DNA from: Myxococcota bacterium
GTDB lineage: Bacteria > Myxococcota_A > UBA9160 > UBA4427
Assembly (NCBI GenBank): GCA_965250285.1
Contig: OZ252299.1
Location: forward strand, 5,095,966-5,159,965
Length of the DNA stretch: 64,000 bases
Direction: 5' to 3'
Position numbers and translations under genes: made by a program. Shown here piece by piece: positions 1-9,558 of the stretch (its first letter is position 1; every line of letters starts with the position of its first letter). Under the pieces are notes generated by a model that worked only from the letters and a program-made list of their open reading frames with translations, did no database searches and was not told the origin of the DNA.

Positions 1-162
1 GCAGACCACGCCGATGCCGATACCGGCGACGATCGCGGCACCGAGCAGGCCGATCTCGCGCAGGCCCACGCCCAGCGCATCGGTCAGCTGCGGTTGGTAC
101 GCGCCCACTATGACGAGCTGGCAGCCGAAGAGGAGGAACGTTGCGAAGCCGAGGATCAGCAC
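1..162 (-). CDS. MFS-type transporter, N-terminal fragment running off the left edge
   Basis: Not in the ORF track because there is no stop inside the window. The minus-strand frame from GTG 162-160 reads VLILGFATFLLFGCQLVIVGAYQPQLTDALGVGLREIGLLGAAIVAGIGIGVVC. That is two hydrophobic helices joined by a short loop, as in MFS TM1-TM2. GTG is the only start available after an upstream in-frame TGA. Confidence 0.4.
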   Translation of the reverse strand, partial: MLILGFATFLLFGCQLVIVGAYQPQLTDALGVGLREIGLLGAAIVAGIGIGVVC

Positions 163-199
163 GACGAGAGCGTGCCGCTGCCGCGATCGAGTGTCGAGG

Positions 200-733
200 C
201 TAGAGGTTGAGCTCCAGACGGGCCGCTTCGGACATCATGTCCATACTCCACGGCGGCTCCCAGACGAGCTCGAGCTGAACGTGACGCACGCCTGCGACGT
301 CGCGCACCTTTGCTTCGACCTCGGGCGGCAGCGTCTCGGCCACGGGGCACATCGGCGTCGTCAGCGTCATCACGACCTGAACGTCGCCGGTCGGCTCGAC
401 TTCGACCTCGTAGATGAGGCCCAGCTCGTAGATGTCGACGGGGATCTCGGGGTCGTACACCGTCTTGAGCACCGCAATCACGGCGTCGCGCACGGCGGCG
501 ACGTCGACGGACTCACCCGGCATCGGCGGGCGTGCGGGCGCCGGGTCGGAAGCGGGCTCCGACGCCGCCGAGTCTGAGGGTGTGAGGGGCACCGCGGGTG
601 CGGACGTGTGGGTCGTCTCGTCCGCCTCGGGTGCGGCTGCGTTCGCTTCGGACATCGCAGGGTTTCCTTCGGCGACCGTGGTGTCGGTGCCGGGCTCGTT
701 GGTCTTGCGTCTGAATCGATCGAAGAAGGCCAC
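200..733 (-). CDS. sufT: SUF-associated Fe-S assembly protein (DUF59/SufT-like) with a ~75-aa Ala/Pro/Glu-rich N-terminal extension
   Basis: The C-terminal ~100 aa (VRDAVIAVLKTVYDPEIPVDIYELGLIY...TLTTPMCP) fit the DUF59/MIP18 pattern. It is the last gene of the suf operon and starts 4 nt after the sufU stop. The true start within the low-complexity N-terminus is uncertain. Confidence 0.8.
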   Translation of the reverse strand: MAFFDRFRRKTNEPGTDTTVAEGNPAMSEANAAAPEADETTHTSAPAVPLTPSDSAASEPASDPAPARPPMPGESVDVAAVRDAVIAVLKTVYDPEIPVDIYELGLIYEVEVEPTGDVQVVMTLTTPMCPVAETLPPEVEAKVRDVAGVRHVQLELVWEPPWSMDMMSEAARLELNL

Positions 734-737
734 GCTG

Positions 738-1202
738 CTACTCCGTCTTCGCGACGGTCTCGCCGCCCGTCGCCGCGGAGTGGAGCGTGTGCCAGCAGAG
801 CGTCGCGCACTTCACGCGCATCGGAAACTCTCGGACCCCCGAGAACACGGCGAGCTTGCCGAGACCCGGCGCGTCGACGTCCTGGTTCGGCGGCGCGGTC
901 ACGAGCTCGTGGAATCGCTCGAAGCCCTCCTCGACCTCCTTGAGCGTTTTGCCCTTCACGAACTCGGTCATCAGCGATGCCGAGGCGGTCGAGATCGCGC
1001 ACCCCGAGCCCGTGAAGCCCACGTCCACGACCTGATCGCCCTCGACGACGAGCTCGACCGTCACCTCGTCGCCGCAGAGCGGGTTGTGCCCTTCGGCGGT
1101 CGCCGTGGGTTCATCGAGATGGCCGAAGTTCCTCGGGTTCTTGTTGTGATCGAGGATCATCGTCTGGTAGAGCTCGCGCAGCTCGTCGTCGACGCCGTCC
1201 AT
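738..1202 (-). CDS. sufU: SufU/IscU-like Fe-S scaffold or sulfur-acceptor protein
   Basis: Three-Cys scaffold pattern: HNPLCGDEV, GSGCAISTASASL, VKCATL. Only the last 154 codons of the 474-aa track ORF are credible; the rest overlaps sufS out of frame. The start ATG 1202-1200 overlaps the sufS stop as ATGA. Confidence 0.85.
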   Translation of the reverse strand: MDGVDDELRELYQTMILDHNKNPRNFGHLDEPTATAEGHNPLCGDEVTVELVVEGDQVVDVGFTGSGCAISTASASLMTEFVKGKTLKEVEEGFERFHELVTAPPNQDVDAPGLGKLAVFSGVREFPMRVKCATLCWHTLHSAATGGETVAKTE

Positions 1203-2446
1203 CAGCCGAAGAGCTCCCGTGTCTTGTCGAGACCGACGATCAGCTGATCGACGTCCTCGAACGTGTTGTAGAGGGAGAACGAGGCCCGCACCGTGGCCGG
1301 CACCCCGAAGCGCTTCATCAGCGGCTGGGTGCAGTGATGTCCCACGCGCACCGCGACGCCCTCCTGGTCGAGGATCGTGCCGACGTCGTGGGCGTGCACG
1401 CCGTCGAGGACGAACGAGATCACCGCCGCCTTGTCTTTGGTCGTGCCGAAGATCCGCACGCCGGGCATCGACTCGAGCGCCGCCGTCGCGCGCTCGAGCA
1501 GCTGGTGCTCCCACGCTGCGATCTGATCGAGCCCGACGCCTTCGACCCAGTCGACGACGGCACCCAGCGCGATGGCCCCGGCGATGTCGGGCGTGCCGGC
1601 CTCGAACTTCTCGGGCACCGGCGCGTACGTCGTCTTCTCGAACGTCACCGTCTCGATCATGCCGCCGCCGCCCAGGAAGGGGGGCATCGCGTCGAGCAGC
1701 TCGCCGCGACCGTAGAGCACGCCGATGCCGGTGGGACCGAAGAGCTTGTGCCCCGAGAATGCGTAGAAGTCGCAGCCGAGGGCTTCGACGTCGACCCGCA
1801 TGTGCGGCACGGCCTGGGCGCCGTCGACCAGCACGCGGGCGCCGCGTGCCTTGGCCAGGGGGATCATCTCGTGCAGGGGCAGCACGGTGCCGAGGGTGTT
1901 CGAGACGTGGGCGACGGCGACGAGCTTCGTGCGGTCGTCGAGCGCCGAGGCGAAGCGCGCCACATCGATCGAGCCGTCTTCCTCGATCGGGACGACGACG
2001 AGCTCGATCCCCTTGCGATCGCGCAGCATCTGCCAGGGCACGATGTTCGCGTGATGCTCGAGCTCGGTGATGACGACGCGGTCGCCTGCTTCGAGGTTCT
2101 CTTCGGCCCAGGTGCGCGCGACGAGGTTGATCGCCTCGGTGGCGTTGCGCACGAAGATGCACTCGCGCGCTTCGTGGGCGCCGATCAGTGAGGCGACCTT
2201 GCCTCGCGCGTCCTCATAGCGGCGCGTCGCATCGGCCGAGAGCTGGTAGACGCCGCGATGGATGTTTGCGTAGCCCCGCGCGTAGACGTCTTCGATCGCG
2301 TCGATCACGGCCTGCGGCTTCTGCGCGCTCGCGGCCGAGTCGAGGAACGCAAGGCGTTTGCCGCGCACCTTCGTCTCGAGGATCGGGAACTGTGCCCGCA
2401 CGGCGTCGACGTCGAAGGGGCCGTGAGCGAACTCTGAAGCGGTCAT
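1202..2446 (-). CDS. sufS: Cysteine desulfurase SufS (PLP-dependent)
   Basis: Motifs AHVSNTLG, FSGHKL (PLP lysine) and RVGHHCTQP (catalytic Cys loop). The start is placed at MTASEF (2446-2444), which overlaps the sufD stop as ATGA. Confidence 0.9.
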   Translation of the reverse strand: MTASEFAHGPFDVDAVRAQFPILETKVRGKRLAFLDSAASAQKPQAVIDAIEDVYARGYANIHRGVYQLSADATRRYEDARGKVASLIGAHEARECIFVRNATEAINLVARTWAEENLEAGDRVVITELEHHANIVPWQMLRDRKGIELVVVPIEEDGSIDVARFASALDDRTKLVAVAHVSNTLGTVLPLHEMIPLAKARGARVLVDGAQAVPHMRVDVEALGCDFYAFSGHKLFGPTGIGVLYGRGELLDAMPPFLGGGGMIETVTFEKTTYAPVPEKFEAGTPDIAGAIALGAVVDWVEGVGLDQIAAWEHQLLERATAALESMPGVRIFGTTKDKAAVISFVLDGVHAHDVGTILDQEGVAVRVGHHCTQPLMKRFGVPATVRASFSLYNTFEDVDQLIVGLDKTRELFG

Positions 2447-3792
2447 CGCTCGACCTCCGCGAGCGCGCCGTGCTCGGCATGCAGCTGCTCGACGAGCAGC
2501 CTGCCCGTCCACTCCTCGAGCTCGCGACCCGGCAGGCGCTCGGTGACCTCGGCCGCGAACCCCTCGGTCAAGAGCGCTCGGGCTTCGGGCTCCGAGAGGC
2601 CCCGAGCGCGCAGGAAGAAGAGCGCTTCGTCATCGAGGCGCCCCACCGTCGAGCCGTGGCTGCACTTCACGTCATCGGCCCGAATCTCGAGCTGCGGCTT
2701 CGTGTCGATCTCGGCCTGGTCGGTCACCAGCAGGTTCGGGTTCGACTGAGTGGCGTTGGTCTTCTGGGCACCGGGGCGCACGTCGACGCGCCCTCGAAAC
2801 ACACCGCGAGACCGGCCGCCGAGCACACCCTTGTAGAGCTCGTGGCTCTCGCAGTGCGGTGCCGCGTGCACGACCAGGGTCTGGTTCTCGAGATGCTGCT
2901 CACCGCCGCCGGTGAAGGCGCCGTCGAGCCGGGCCTCGGCGCCCGGCTCGGCGAGCTCGATCTCGAGCGCGTTTCGCACGAGGCGCCCGTCGAAGGTCAA
3001 CACGTGGGAGTGGAAGAAGCTGTCGCGGGCCTGTCGTACGCGGGTGTTCGAGATGTGGAACCGCTCGCCGCCCTCGCGCTGCAAGAGCACGTGTTCGAGT
3101 CGCGCGTTCGCTTCGACCTCGATGCGGATGACCGCATTGGTGAAGCCAGACGCCTGACCCAATCCGACGTGATCCTGGACCACGACGCACTGGCTGCCCT
3201 GCTCGGCCACGATCTCGACACGCGGGTAGCTCGCGCCGGCGGCCGCGCTCGCGACGAAGACGAGATGCAGCGGTGCGTCGACCCGGGCGTCGCGGGTGAT
3301 CGTCACCAGCGCACCGTCTTCGACGAAGGCGGCGTTGAGGCACGTGAACGCGTCATCGACGTCTTCGGTATCGCCCGCCGAGAGCCAGCGCTCGAGCGCT
3401 TCATCGTCGCCGCGCACGTCGGCCAGCCGGGTGACGCCGACGCCTTCGGGCAGCGACGCATCCGAGAGCGCCGCCTCGAAGCGACCGTCCACGAAGACCA
3501 GGCGAGGGCCGAAGGGCTGCTCGGGCAGGAACGCGGCGAGTTCGTCGCTCGAGACCTTCGAGTCGGGGGCCGCGACGCGAGAGAAGGCTTCGCCTTCGAG
3601 CGCGCGTAGGTTGGTGTAGCGCCAGTCTTCGTCCTTGCGCGTCGGAAAGCCGAGTGCGCCGAATCGCTCGATCGCTTCTCGGCGAAGCGCGCGCAGGCCA
3701 TCGGCGTCGCGGCCGGCATCGCCCGTCGCGAAGGCGTCGAACTCGGCGAGATAGTGTGCCGTGATCGGCGGAGTGTCGGCGGCCGAACTCAT
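2443..3792 (-). CDS. sufD: Fe-S cluster assembly protein SufD
   Basis: SufBD-family C-terminal segment ([37 protein letters not shown]). Positioned between sufC and sufS. The start at MSSAADTPP overlaps the sufC stop as ATGA. Confidence 0.85.
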   Translation of the reverse strand: MSSAADTPPITAHYLAEFDAFATGDAGRDADGLRALRREAIERFGALGFPTRKDEDWRYTNLRALEGEAFSRVAAPDSKVSSDELAAFLPEQPFGPRLVFVDGRFEAALSDASLPEGVGVTRLADVRGDDEALERWLSAGDTEDVDDAFTCLNAAFVEDGALVTITRDARVDAPLHLVFVASAAAGASYPRVEIVAEQGSQCVVVQDHVGLGQASGFTNAVIRIEVEANARLEHVLLQREGGERFHISNTRVRQARDSFFHSHVLTFDGRLVRNALEIELAEPGAEARLDGAFTGGGEQHLENQTLVVHAAPHCESHELYKGVLGGRSRGVFRGRVDVRPGAQKTNATQSNPNLLVTDQAEIDTKPQLEIRADDVKCSHGSTVGRLDDEALFFLRARGLSEPEARALLTEGFAAEVTERLPGRELEEWTGRLLVEQLHAEHGALAEVER

Positions 3793-4553
3793 GCGGGGGC
3801 TCCTGCGGCGGCCTCTTCCTCGACCCATCCGTAGCCGCGTTCTTCGAGCTCGAGGGCGAGATCCTTGCCGCCGGTCTTGACGATGCGGCCGTGCGCCAGC
3901 ACGTGCACCTGGTCGGGCACGATGTAGTCGAGCAGGCGCTGGTAGTGCGTAATGACGAGCATCGAGCGGTCGGGCGATCGCAGCGAGTTGACGCCGTTCG
4001 CGACGATGCGCAGCGCATCGATGTCGAGCCCCGAGTCGGTTTCGTCGAGCACGCAGAGCTTGGGCTCGAGCAGCAGCATCTGGAGCACCTCGTTGCGCTT
4101 CTTCTCGCCGCCGCTGAAGCCCTCATTGATCGAGCGGCTCATCAGGTCGGACGGCATCTCGACGAGGCTCATCTTCTCCTTCGAGAGCTGCAGGAAGTCC
4201 ATGGCGTCGAGCTCGGGCAGACCTCGATGGGCCCGCACCGCGTTCACGCTGGCCTTGAGGAAGTACCGGTTGTTCACGCCCGGGATCTCGACCGGGTACT
4301 GGAAGGCGAGGAAGATGCCTTCGCGTGCGCGCACCTCGGGCTCCATCTCGGTCAGGTCCTGGCCTTCGAAGGTCACCTTGCCTTCGGTGACTTCGTAGCC
4401 CGGACGGCCGGCGAGCACGTTCGAGAGCGTGCTCTTGCCCGAGCCGTTCGGGCCCATCACGGCGTGGATCTCGCCGGGCGCGATCTCGAGGTCGATGCCC
4501 TTCAGGATCTCGGTCCCGTCGGCGGTGGCGTGGAGGTTCTCGATCTTCAACAT
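3789..4553 (-). CDS. sufC: Fe-S cluster assembly ATPase SufC
   Basis: Walker [13 protein letters not shown] signature FSGGEKKR, Walker [13 protein letters not shown]. About 250 aa with no TM domain, as for SufC. Confidence 0.95.
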   Translation of the reverse strand: MLKIENLHATADGTEILKGIDLEIAPGEIHAVMGPNGSGKSTLSNVLAGRPGYEVTEGKVTFEGQDLTEMEPEVRAREGIFLAFQYPVEIPGVNNRYFLKASVNAVRAHRGLPELDAMDFLQLSKEKMSLVEMPSDLMSRSINEGFSGGEKKRNEVLQMLLLEPKLCVLDETDSGLDIDALRIVANGVNSLRSPDRSMLVITHYQRLLDYIVPDQVHVLAHGRIVKTGGKDLALELEERGYGWVEEEAAAGAPA

Positions 4554-4610
4554 GGTGAATCCGTTTCGCCCTGTGCGGGGTCGGGGGGGGTGGGGGGATG
4601 CGTCAGCGGG

Positions 4611-6074
4611 TCAACCGACGCTGCCTTCGAGACTGACCGAAAGCAGATTCTGGGCCTCGACGGCGAACTCCATCGGCAGCTCGCGCAAGACCTCCTTGCA
4701 GAAGCCGTTCACGATCATCGAGACCGCATCCTCTTCGTCGATGCCGCGCTGGCGGCAATAGAACAGCTGGTCTTCGCCGATCTTCGAGGTCGTCGCTTCG
4801 TGCTCGACCGTGGCGCTGCTGTTCTCGACTTCGAGGTAGGGGAAGGTGTGCGCGCCGCACTCGTCGCCCAGCAGGAGCGAGTCGCACTGCGAGTAGTTGC
4901 GGGCGCCCTCGGCCTTCTTGCCGATGCGCACGAGGCCGCGATAGCTCTGCTCGCCCTGCCCCGCCGAGATGCCCTTCGAGATGATCGTGCTCTTCGTGTT
5001 CTTGCCGAGGTGGATCATCTTCGTACCGGTATCGGCCTGCTGCTTGTTGTTCGTCATCGCGACCGAATAGAACTCGCCCACCGAGTCGTCGCCCTGCAGG
5101 ATGCAGCTCGGGTACTTCCAGGTGATCGCCGAGCCCGTCTCGACCTGGGTCCACGAGATCTTGCTGCGGTCGCCGCGGCAGGCTCCGCGCTTGGTCACGA
5201 AGTTGTAGATGCCACCCTTGCCGTCCTTGTCGCCCGGGTACCAGTTCTGGACGGTCGAGTACTTGATCTCGGCGTCGTCGAGGGCGACGAGTTCGACCAC
5301 CGCGGCATGCAGCTGGTTCTCGTCGCGCATTGGCGCGGTGCAGCCTTCGAGGTAGCTGACGTAGCTCGCCTCTTCGGCGACGAGCAGGGTGCGTTCGAAC
5401 TGGCCGGTGCCGGCCGAGTTGATCCGGAAGTACGTCGACAGCTCCATCGGGCAGCGCACGCCCTTGGGAATGAACGCGAAGCTGCCGTCACTGAAGACCG
5501 CGCTGTTCAGACATGCGAAGAAGTTGTCGCTGTAGGGGACGACCGAGCCGAGGTACTTCTTCACGAGCTCGGGGTGATCCTTCACTGCCTCGCTGAACGA
5601 GCAGAAGATGATGCCCTGCTTCTCGAGCTCGTCCTTGAACGTGGTGGCGACCGACACGCTGTCGAAGACCGCATCGACGGCGACCTTGACGCCCGAGAGC
5701 CGCTTCTGCTCGAGCAGCGGGATCCCGAGCTTGTCGTAGGTCGCGAGCAGCTCGGGGTCGACCTCGTCGAGGCTCTCGAGCTCTTTCTTCGGCTTCGGCG
5801 CCGAGTAGTAGATGATGTCCTGGTAGTCGATCTTGGGATAGTCGACCGCGGCCCAGGTCGGCTCGTTCTCGGTCTCGAGCATCTCGAGGAACCGGCGCAG
5901 CGCCTTCAGTCGGAAGTCGAGCAGCCACTCGGGCTCCTCCTTCTTCGCGCTGATCAGCCGAACGACGTCTTCGTTGAGCCCGGGCGGGGCCTGGTCGGCC
6001 TCGATGTCGGTCACGAAGCCGTACTTGTATTCCTGATTCGCGAGCTGCTCGAGCTCGGCGTTCGACTCGGACAT
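4611..6074 (-). CDS. sufB: Fe-S cluster assembly scaffold SufB
   Basis: 487 aa with typical SufB sequence throughout (YKYGF..., [46 protein letters not shown]). Confidence 0.95.
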   Translation of the reverse strand: MSESNAELEQLANQEYKYGFVTDIEADQAPPGLNEDVVRLISAKKEEPEWLLDFRLKALRRFLEMLETENEPTWAAVDYPKIDYQDIIYYSAPKPKKELESLDEVDPELLATYDKLGIPLLEQKRLSGVKVAVDAVFDSVSVATTFKDELEKQGIIFCSFSEAVKDHPELVKKYLGSVVPYSDNFFACLNSAVFSDGSFAFIPKGVRCPMELSTYFRINSAGTGQFERTLLVAEEASYVSYLEGCTAPMRDENQLHAAVVELVALDDAEIKYSTVQNWYPGDKDGKGGIYNFVTKRGACRGDRSKISWTQVETGSAITWKYPSCILQGDDSVGEFYSVAMTNNKQQADTGTKMIHLGKNTKSTIISKGISAGQGEQSYRGLVRIGKKAEGARNYSQCDSLLLGDECGAHTFPYLEVENSSATVEHEATTSKIGEDQLFYCRQRGIDEEDAVSMIVNGFCKEVLRELPMEFAVEAQNLLSVSLEGSVG

Positions 6075-6610
6075 CAGTTCATCTCCTCACCCGCGCTCGG
6101 GGCGGGGTCGTCGGCGGTGGGGACGTGGGCGCTCGAGCCCGGGATCTGGATCAGCGCGAGCGGGGCGTGCTGGGCCGAGAAGGCCGGATTCACGAGATCG
6201 GCGAGGCTGACCTCGCTGAGGGCGTTCTCGACGACGCGGTTGATGACCTGCCACGGCGAGCGCACCGCGCAGGTGCTCTCGTGATCGCAGGCGCCCGGAT
6301 CGACGGCGCACTGGGTCAGGGCGACCGGACCGTCGAGCGCCGCCACGAGCTCGGCGACGCTCAGGTCCTCGGGTCGGCGCGTCAGGGTGAAGCCGCCCTT
6401 CGCGCCCCGGTGACTCTCGAGCACGCCGCCGCGCGCGAGCTGCTTGAGCACCTTGCTGACGACGGGCAGCGGCAGGTCGACCTGGCCGGCCAGTTCACGT
6501 GCGTTCTGCGGCGGCTGCGGCTCGGCGCTCTCTCCGCGCGCGCCGCGCGCGCTCGCGAGGTGGGCGAGCAGCACGATCCCGTAGTCGGTCATGCGGCTGA
6601 GTCGGAACAT
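6074..6610 (-). CDS. Rrf2-family (IscR-like) transcriptional regulator, first gene of the suf operon
   Basis: N-terminal Rrf2 wHTH ([19 protein letters not shown]...[29 protein letters not shown]). Cys triad [14 protein letters not shown] suited to an Fe-S ligand set. Its stop overlaps the sufB start (TGATG). Confidence 0.85.
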   Translation of the reverse strand: MFRLSRMTDYGIVLLAHLASARGARGESAEPQPPQNARELAGQVDLPLPVVSKVLKQLARGGVLESHRGAKGGFTLTRRPEDLSVAELVAALDGPVALTQCAVDPGACDHESTCAVRSPWQVINRVVENALSEVSLADLVNPAFSAQHAPLALIQIPGSSAHVPTADDPAPSAGEEMN

Positions 6611-6792
6611 CGTTGCCTCGTGCGCTGCGCGTCTCGAGCGGTCACCGCCGGCGTCTCGGCGTGGCCGCTCGAGCGGTAATGGGTCCGTCTGGATCGCTCG
6701 ACCAGAGGCCCGAGCCGGGCGCTCTCGATCGAAGGGGGCGTCGCCGAGACCCGGGTACCCGGCGTGGCGGGCCGGGGTCTCGTGCGGCGCAG

Positions 6793-6849
6793 ACGATATC
6801 GGACCAGATTACTCCTGTAAATATCGGACCATTGCTGTACGAATTACTC
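6793..6849 (-). promoter_or_regulatory. Putative suf promoter with duplicated Rrf2/IscR-like operator boxes
   Basis: Locally AT-richer patch. On the minus strand, TTTACA (6821-6816), a 17-nt spacer, then TATCGT (6798-6793). On the plus strand, ATATCGGACCA occurs twice (6796-6806 and 6821-6831) and ATTACTC twice (6808-6814 and 6843-6849). Site 1 matches about 17 of 25 positions of the IscR type-1 consensus as I recall it. Confidence 0.35.
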
Positions 6850-6931
6850 AGATGCAGCAAGTCGCCGCGAGGGATCGCGATTCGCAGAATTTCCTGCGGG
6901 GAAATCGAGCGATCGGCGCCGCGTCCGACGC

Positions 6932-8233
6932 TCAGACGACCTCGCCGACGCCGCTCCACCGCGCGAGGGGCAGCAGCACTGGCTCGCCGTCGTGGGGCCA
7001 GTCGAGCGGGGGGGCCTGCATCTGCCCGAGCGGGCAGACCCGCGTCGCGTCCAGCGCGGCGATCGCGCCGAGCGCGGGGTGGTCGCGTGCGTCGCCGTAG
7101 CCGGCGAAGCCCACGGTCGAGAGATGGCGGGCGACCGGCTCGACCGCTTCGGCCCAGGCCTCGAGGTCGACGGCCGGATGCACGCGGACGAATCGCCCGA
7201 GCGGGGCGCCCCGGAGCCCGGCTTCGTCCTCGAGGATCACGCTCCAGGCGGTGTCTTCGCTCGCCAGCACGCGCACCGAACGCCCGGCGGCCGCGCGCAT
7301 CGCCGCCTCGTCGCGCTCCCCCCGGATGCGTGCGCCGACGTCGGGCGAGACCGGGCCGCGCGGCATGTCGATGGCCAGCGCCTGCAGCACCTCGGCGACC
7401 CCTTCCGCGAACCGCTCGGCCGCGTGTGCTTCGCCCCCGATCACGTGGACGCAGATGGGAGACAGGCAGCCGGACTGATCCCAGAGCGCCACGTCGAGCG
7501 CGAAGTCTGCGGCGGCCTCATCGAGGGCACCGTCCCGGCAGCCGTTCGCGTCGACCACGGCGAGCGACAAGCGGTGGCCGTAGCCGACGAGGCGGTTCGC
7601 GGCACCGACGCGCGCGGCGATGTCGCGCAGGGTCGCGTCCGAACCGCTCGCGACGATGCACGGCGCGTCGAGGAATGCGTCGAGCGTCGCCGTGTCGTCG
7701 CCGTCGAAGTCGATCACCTCGAGGCACGCGCCGATCTCGGCGTCGACGTCCCGCAGACACTCCGCGACGAGCCGCGCGCTGATCCGGTCGCGCGACGCGG
7801 TCTTGGCCAGCACCGGTGAACGCACCAGCAGCGGCGTCAGGCAGCTGACCAGCGTCGGCATGGGGATGCTGCCCGCGAGCACGACGCTCGTCTGCGCGTG
7901 AGGCCGCAGCACGCGGCCCGCGCGCAAGGAGGGCCCGAGCTCGAGATCGACGAGCGCCCGGACGGCGTCGAGATCCCACCCGGCGAGCGCGAGCTCGAGC
8001 CCGGTGGCGATGGTCGGCGCCGTGAAGCCCGTCGCCTCGGGCAGGGCCTCGACGAGCCGGGCCCCCTCGTGATGCGCCGCGCTGCGAAATCGTTCGAGCA
8101 CCTGCCCGACGATCCCGACCACGTCTTCGAGCGGGCGGGCGAGCAGCGCAGTGCGTGCTTCGGCGAGCCGGCCGGTCGCTTCGTGCACGCGGTCGACGCC
8201 CGCGTCGGGCCACTCGATCGTGAGATCACCCAT
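6932..8233 (-). CDS. LuxC-like acyl-CoA/acyl-protein reductase (aldehyde-forming)
   Basis: 433 aa. Contains VVLAGSIPMPTLVSCLTPLLVRSPVLAKTASRD and LWDQSGCLSP (aldehyde-dehydrogenase-like catalytic Cys), as in LuxC-family reductases. Lies directly downstream of a LuxE-like gene. Confidence 0.7.
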   Translation of the reverse strand: MGDLTIEWPDAGVDRVHEATGRLAEARTALLARPLEDVVGIVGQVLERFRSAAHHEGARLVEALPEATGFTAPTIATGLELALAGWDLDAVRALVDLELGPSLRAGRVLRPHAQTSVVLAGSIPMPTLVSCLTPLLVRSPVLAKTASRDRISARLVAECLRDVDAEIGACLEVIDFDGDDTATLDAFLDAPCIVASGSDATLRDIAARVGAANRLVGYGHRLSLAVVDANGCRDGALDEAAADFALDVALWDQSGCLSPICVHVIGGEAHAAERFAEGVAEVLQALAIDMPRGPVSPDVGARIRGERDEAAMRAAAGRSVRVLASEDTAWSVILEDEAGLRGAPLGRFVRVHPAVDLEAWAEAVEPVARHLSTVGFAGYGDARDHPALGAIAALDATRVCPLGQMQAPPLDWPHDGEPVLLPLARWSGVGEVV

Positions 8234-8403
8234 GCGGGTTCGTCTCTGCAGCTCGTCGCATCGTGCGCTCAGCCATGCGAGTTCGTCCCTGCAGCTCGTC
8301 GCATCGTGCGCTCAGCCATGCGAGTTCGTCCCTGCAGCTCGTCGCATCGTGCGCTCACCCATGCGAGTTCGTCCCTGCAGCTCGTCGCATCGTGCGCTCA
8401 CCC
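8226..8403. repeat. Four head-to-tail copies of a 43-bp repeat spanning the luxE-like/luxC-like junction
   Basis: Minus-strand unit is GCGCACGATGCGACGAGCTGCAGGGACGAACTCGCATGGSTGA. Copies lie at 8397-8355, 8354-8312, 8311-8269 and 8268-8226, with 0-3 mismatches. The plus-strand CATG landmarks at 8231, 8274, 8317 and 8360 give an exact 43-nt period. Confidence 0.95.
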
Positions 8404-9558
8404 AAGGCGGGGCGCCTCGCTCGGCGCGGCGTCGAGCATCAGGTCGGCGGCGATCGAGCAGCCCCGTGCTTCGGCGCCGGGCTCTCGGCCGAGCACCTCG
8501 AAGCCACGCCCGAAGCGCCCATCATCGGTCTCCGCATCGATCCAGCGCCCGAGGTCGGCGGTCTGGATCGCCGCGACGCTGCCCGTATTGGCCAGATCGT
8601 GAATGACGACGAGCCCGGGGGCGTCGCCTTCGACGTCGCGGCCGGTCTCGGGGTCGACGAGGCGCACGCGCGCCCACGGTGGCCCGAGCTTGCGGCGGCG
8701 GCCGACGTCGTCGACCAGCACAGAGTCGTAGAACTGGCTGCCGAGCTCGGTCATGCCGTACTGGTTGACGATCTGCGTGGGGGCGATGCCGAACGTCTCG
8801 TGCAGTGCGGAGTAGAACGTGTCGCGTGAGATCTCGCGCGAGCGGCCCTTGAAGCCGCCGGTCTCCATGATGCGCGAGCCGGGTGCGCATGCGAATCGAT
8901 GACCGCGTTCGGCGCACGCATCGAGCGCATGCACGAACCCGAAGGCGGTGCCGCAGAGGGCGACCGGCTTCTGCGCATCGCCCGCGCGAGCGAGGGCGGC
9001 GATCAACCCGTCGACGTCGAGCTCACCGTCCGTCACGTCGAAGCCGCTGTGTGCGTCGCCGACGTCGTCGATCAGGCAGCCGAACATGTGAGAGAGCGAC
9101 GAGTCGTCGAGCTCGTCTGGCGAGGGCGCGAGCACGCGCAGCGTCATCCGCTCGCGCGGGTTGCGCCCCAGGTCGGGGAAGAGCAGCTGCGCGAGCGTCG
9201 GTGCGAGCGAGGCCTCGTAGAGCGCGAGCGTGTCGAGCAGCAGGGTGCCCCGGCGTGCGCCGGCCGCCGCGCTCGTTCCGCTCGTGCGAAACACGTGGCG
9301 CGTGGCGTCGCTCGGAAAGCAACGCAGCTCGAGCTCCTTGAACGCGCCCGTTGGCACCGCGGGCACGTCGCGCCACGATGTGACGCTGCCCGGCGTCGCG
9401 CCACGGGCCTCGCAGAAGCGGCCATACGGCGCGTTGGCTTCGTACTGAAACGCGAACAGGTCGAGCGACAGCGTCTCGAAGCGCGGATCGTCGGCTCGCC
9501 ACTCGGGCTCGCTCATCCAGGTGAGCAGCTCGCGTTCGATCGCTTCGCGCGTGCTCAT
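8398..9558 (-). CDS. LuxE-like acyl-protein synthetase (adenylate-forming)
   Basis: The real part of the 583-aa track ORF starts at MSTREAIERE (ATG 9558-9556). Motifs FRTSGTS and METGGFKGRSREI resemble LuxE/PaaK-type adenylating enzymes. The start overlaps the aminotransferase stop as ATGA. Confidence 0.7.
   Translation of the reverse strand: MSTREAIERELLTWMSEPEWRADDPRFETLSLDLFAFQYEANAPYGRFCEARGATPGSVTSWRDVPAVPTGAFKELELRCFPSDATRHVFRTSGTSAAAGARRGTLLLDTLALYEASLAPTLAQLLFPDLGRNPRERMTLRVLAPSPDELDDSSLSHMFGCLIDDVGDAHSGFDVTDGELDVDGLIAALARAGDAQKPVALCGTAFGFVHALDACAERGHRFACAPGSRIMETGGFKGRSREISRDTFYSALHETFGIAPTQIVNQYGMTELGSQFYDSVLVDDVGRRRKLGPPWARVRLVDPETGRDVEGDAPGLVVIHDLANTGSVAAIQTADLGRWIDAETDDGRFGRGFEVLGREPGAEARGCSIAADLMLDAAPSEAPRLG

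Noticed and set aside
738-2162. 474-aa ORF suggesting a large protein upstream of sufT
   Set aside because: Only the last 154 codons (SufU) make sense. The N-terminal 320 codons overlap sufS out of frame and are poly-Arg junk.
4579-4600. G-run tract GGGGTCGGGGGGGGTGGGGGG between sufB and sufC (potential G-quadruplex on the non-coding strand, C-rich in the mRNA)
   Set aside because: It is a real sequence feature, but short G and C runs are common in such GC-rich genomes. It sits in a 57-nt intercistronic spacer with no further structure, so there is not enough to claim a function.
3891-6284. 797-aa plus-strand ORF covering sufC and sufB
   Set aside because: It lies antisense to two unmistakable suf genes. 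Its product is Arg/Ala/Leu/Val/Glu-rich with no motifs. This is a typical shadow ORF of GC-rich DNA, where stop codons are rare in the antisense frame.
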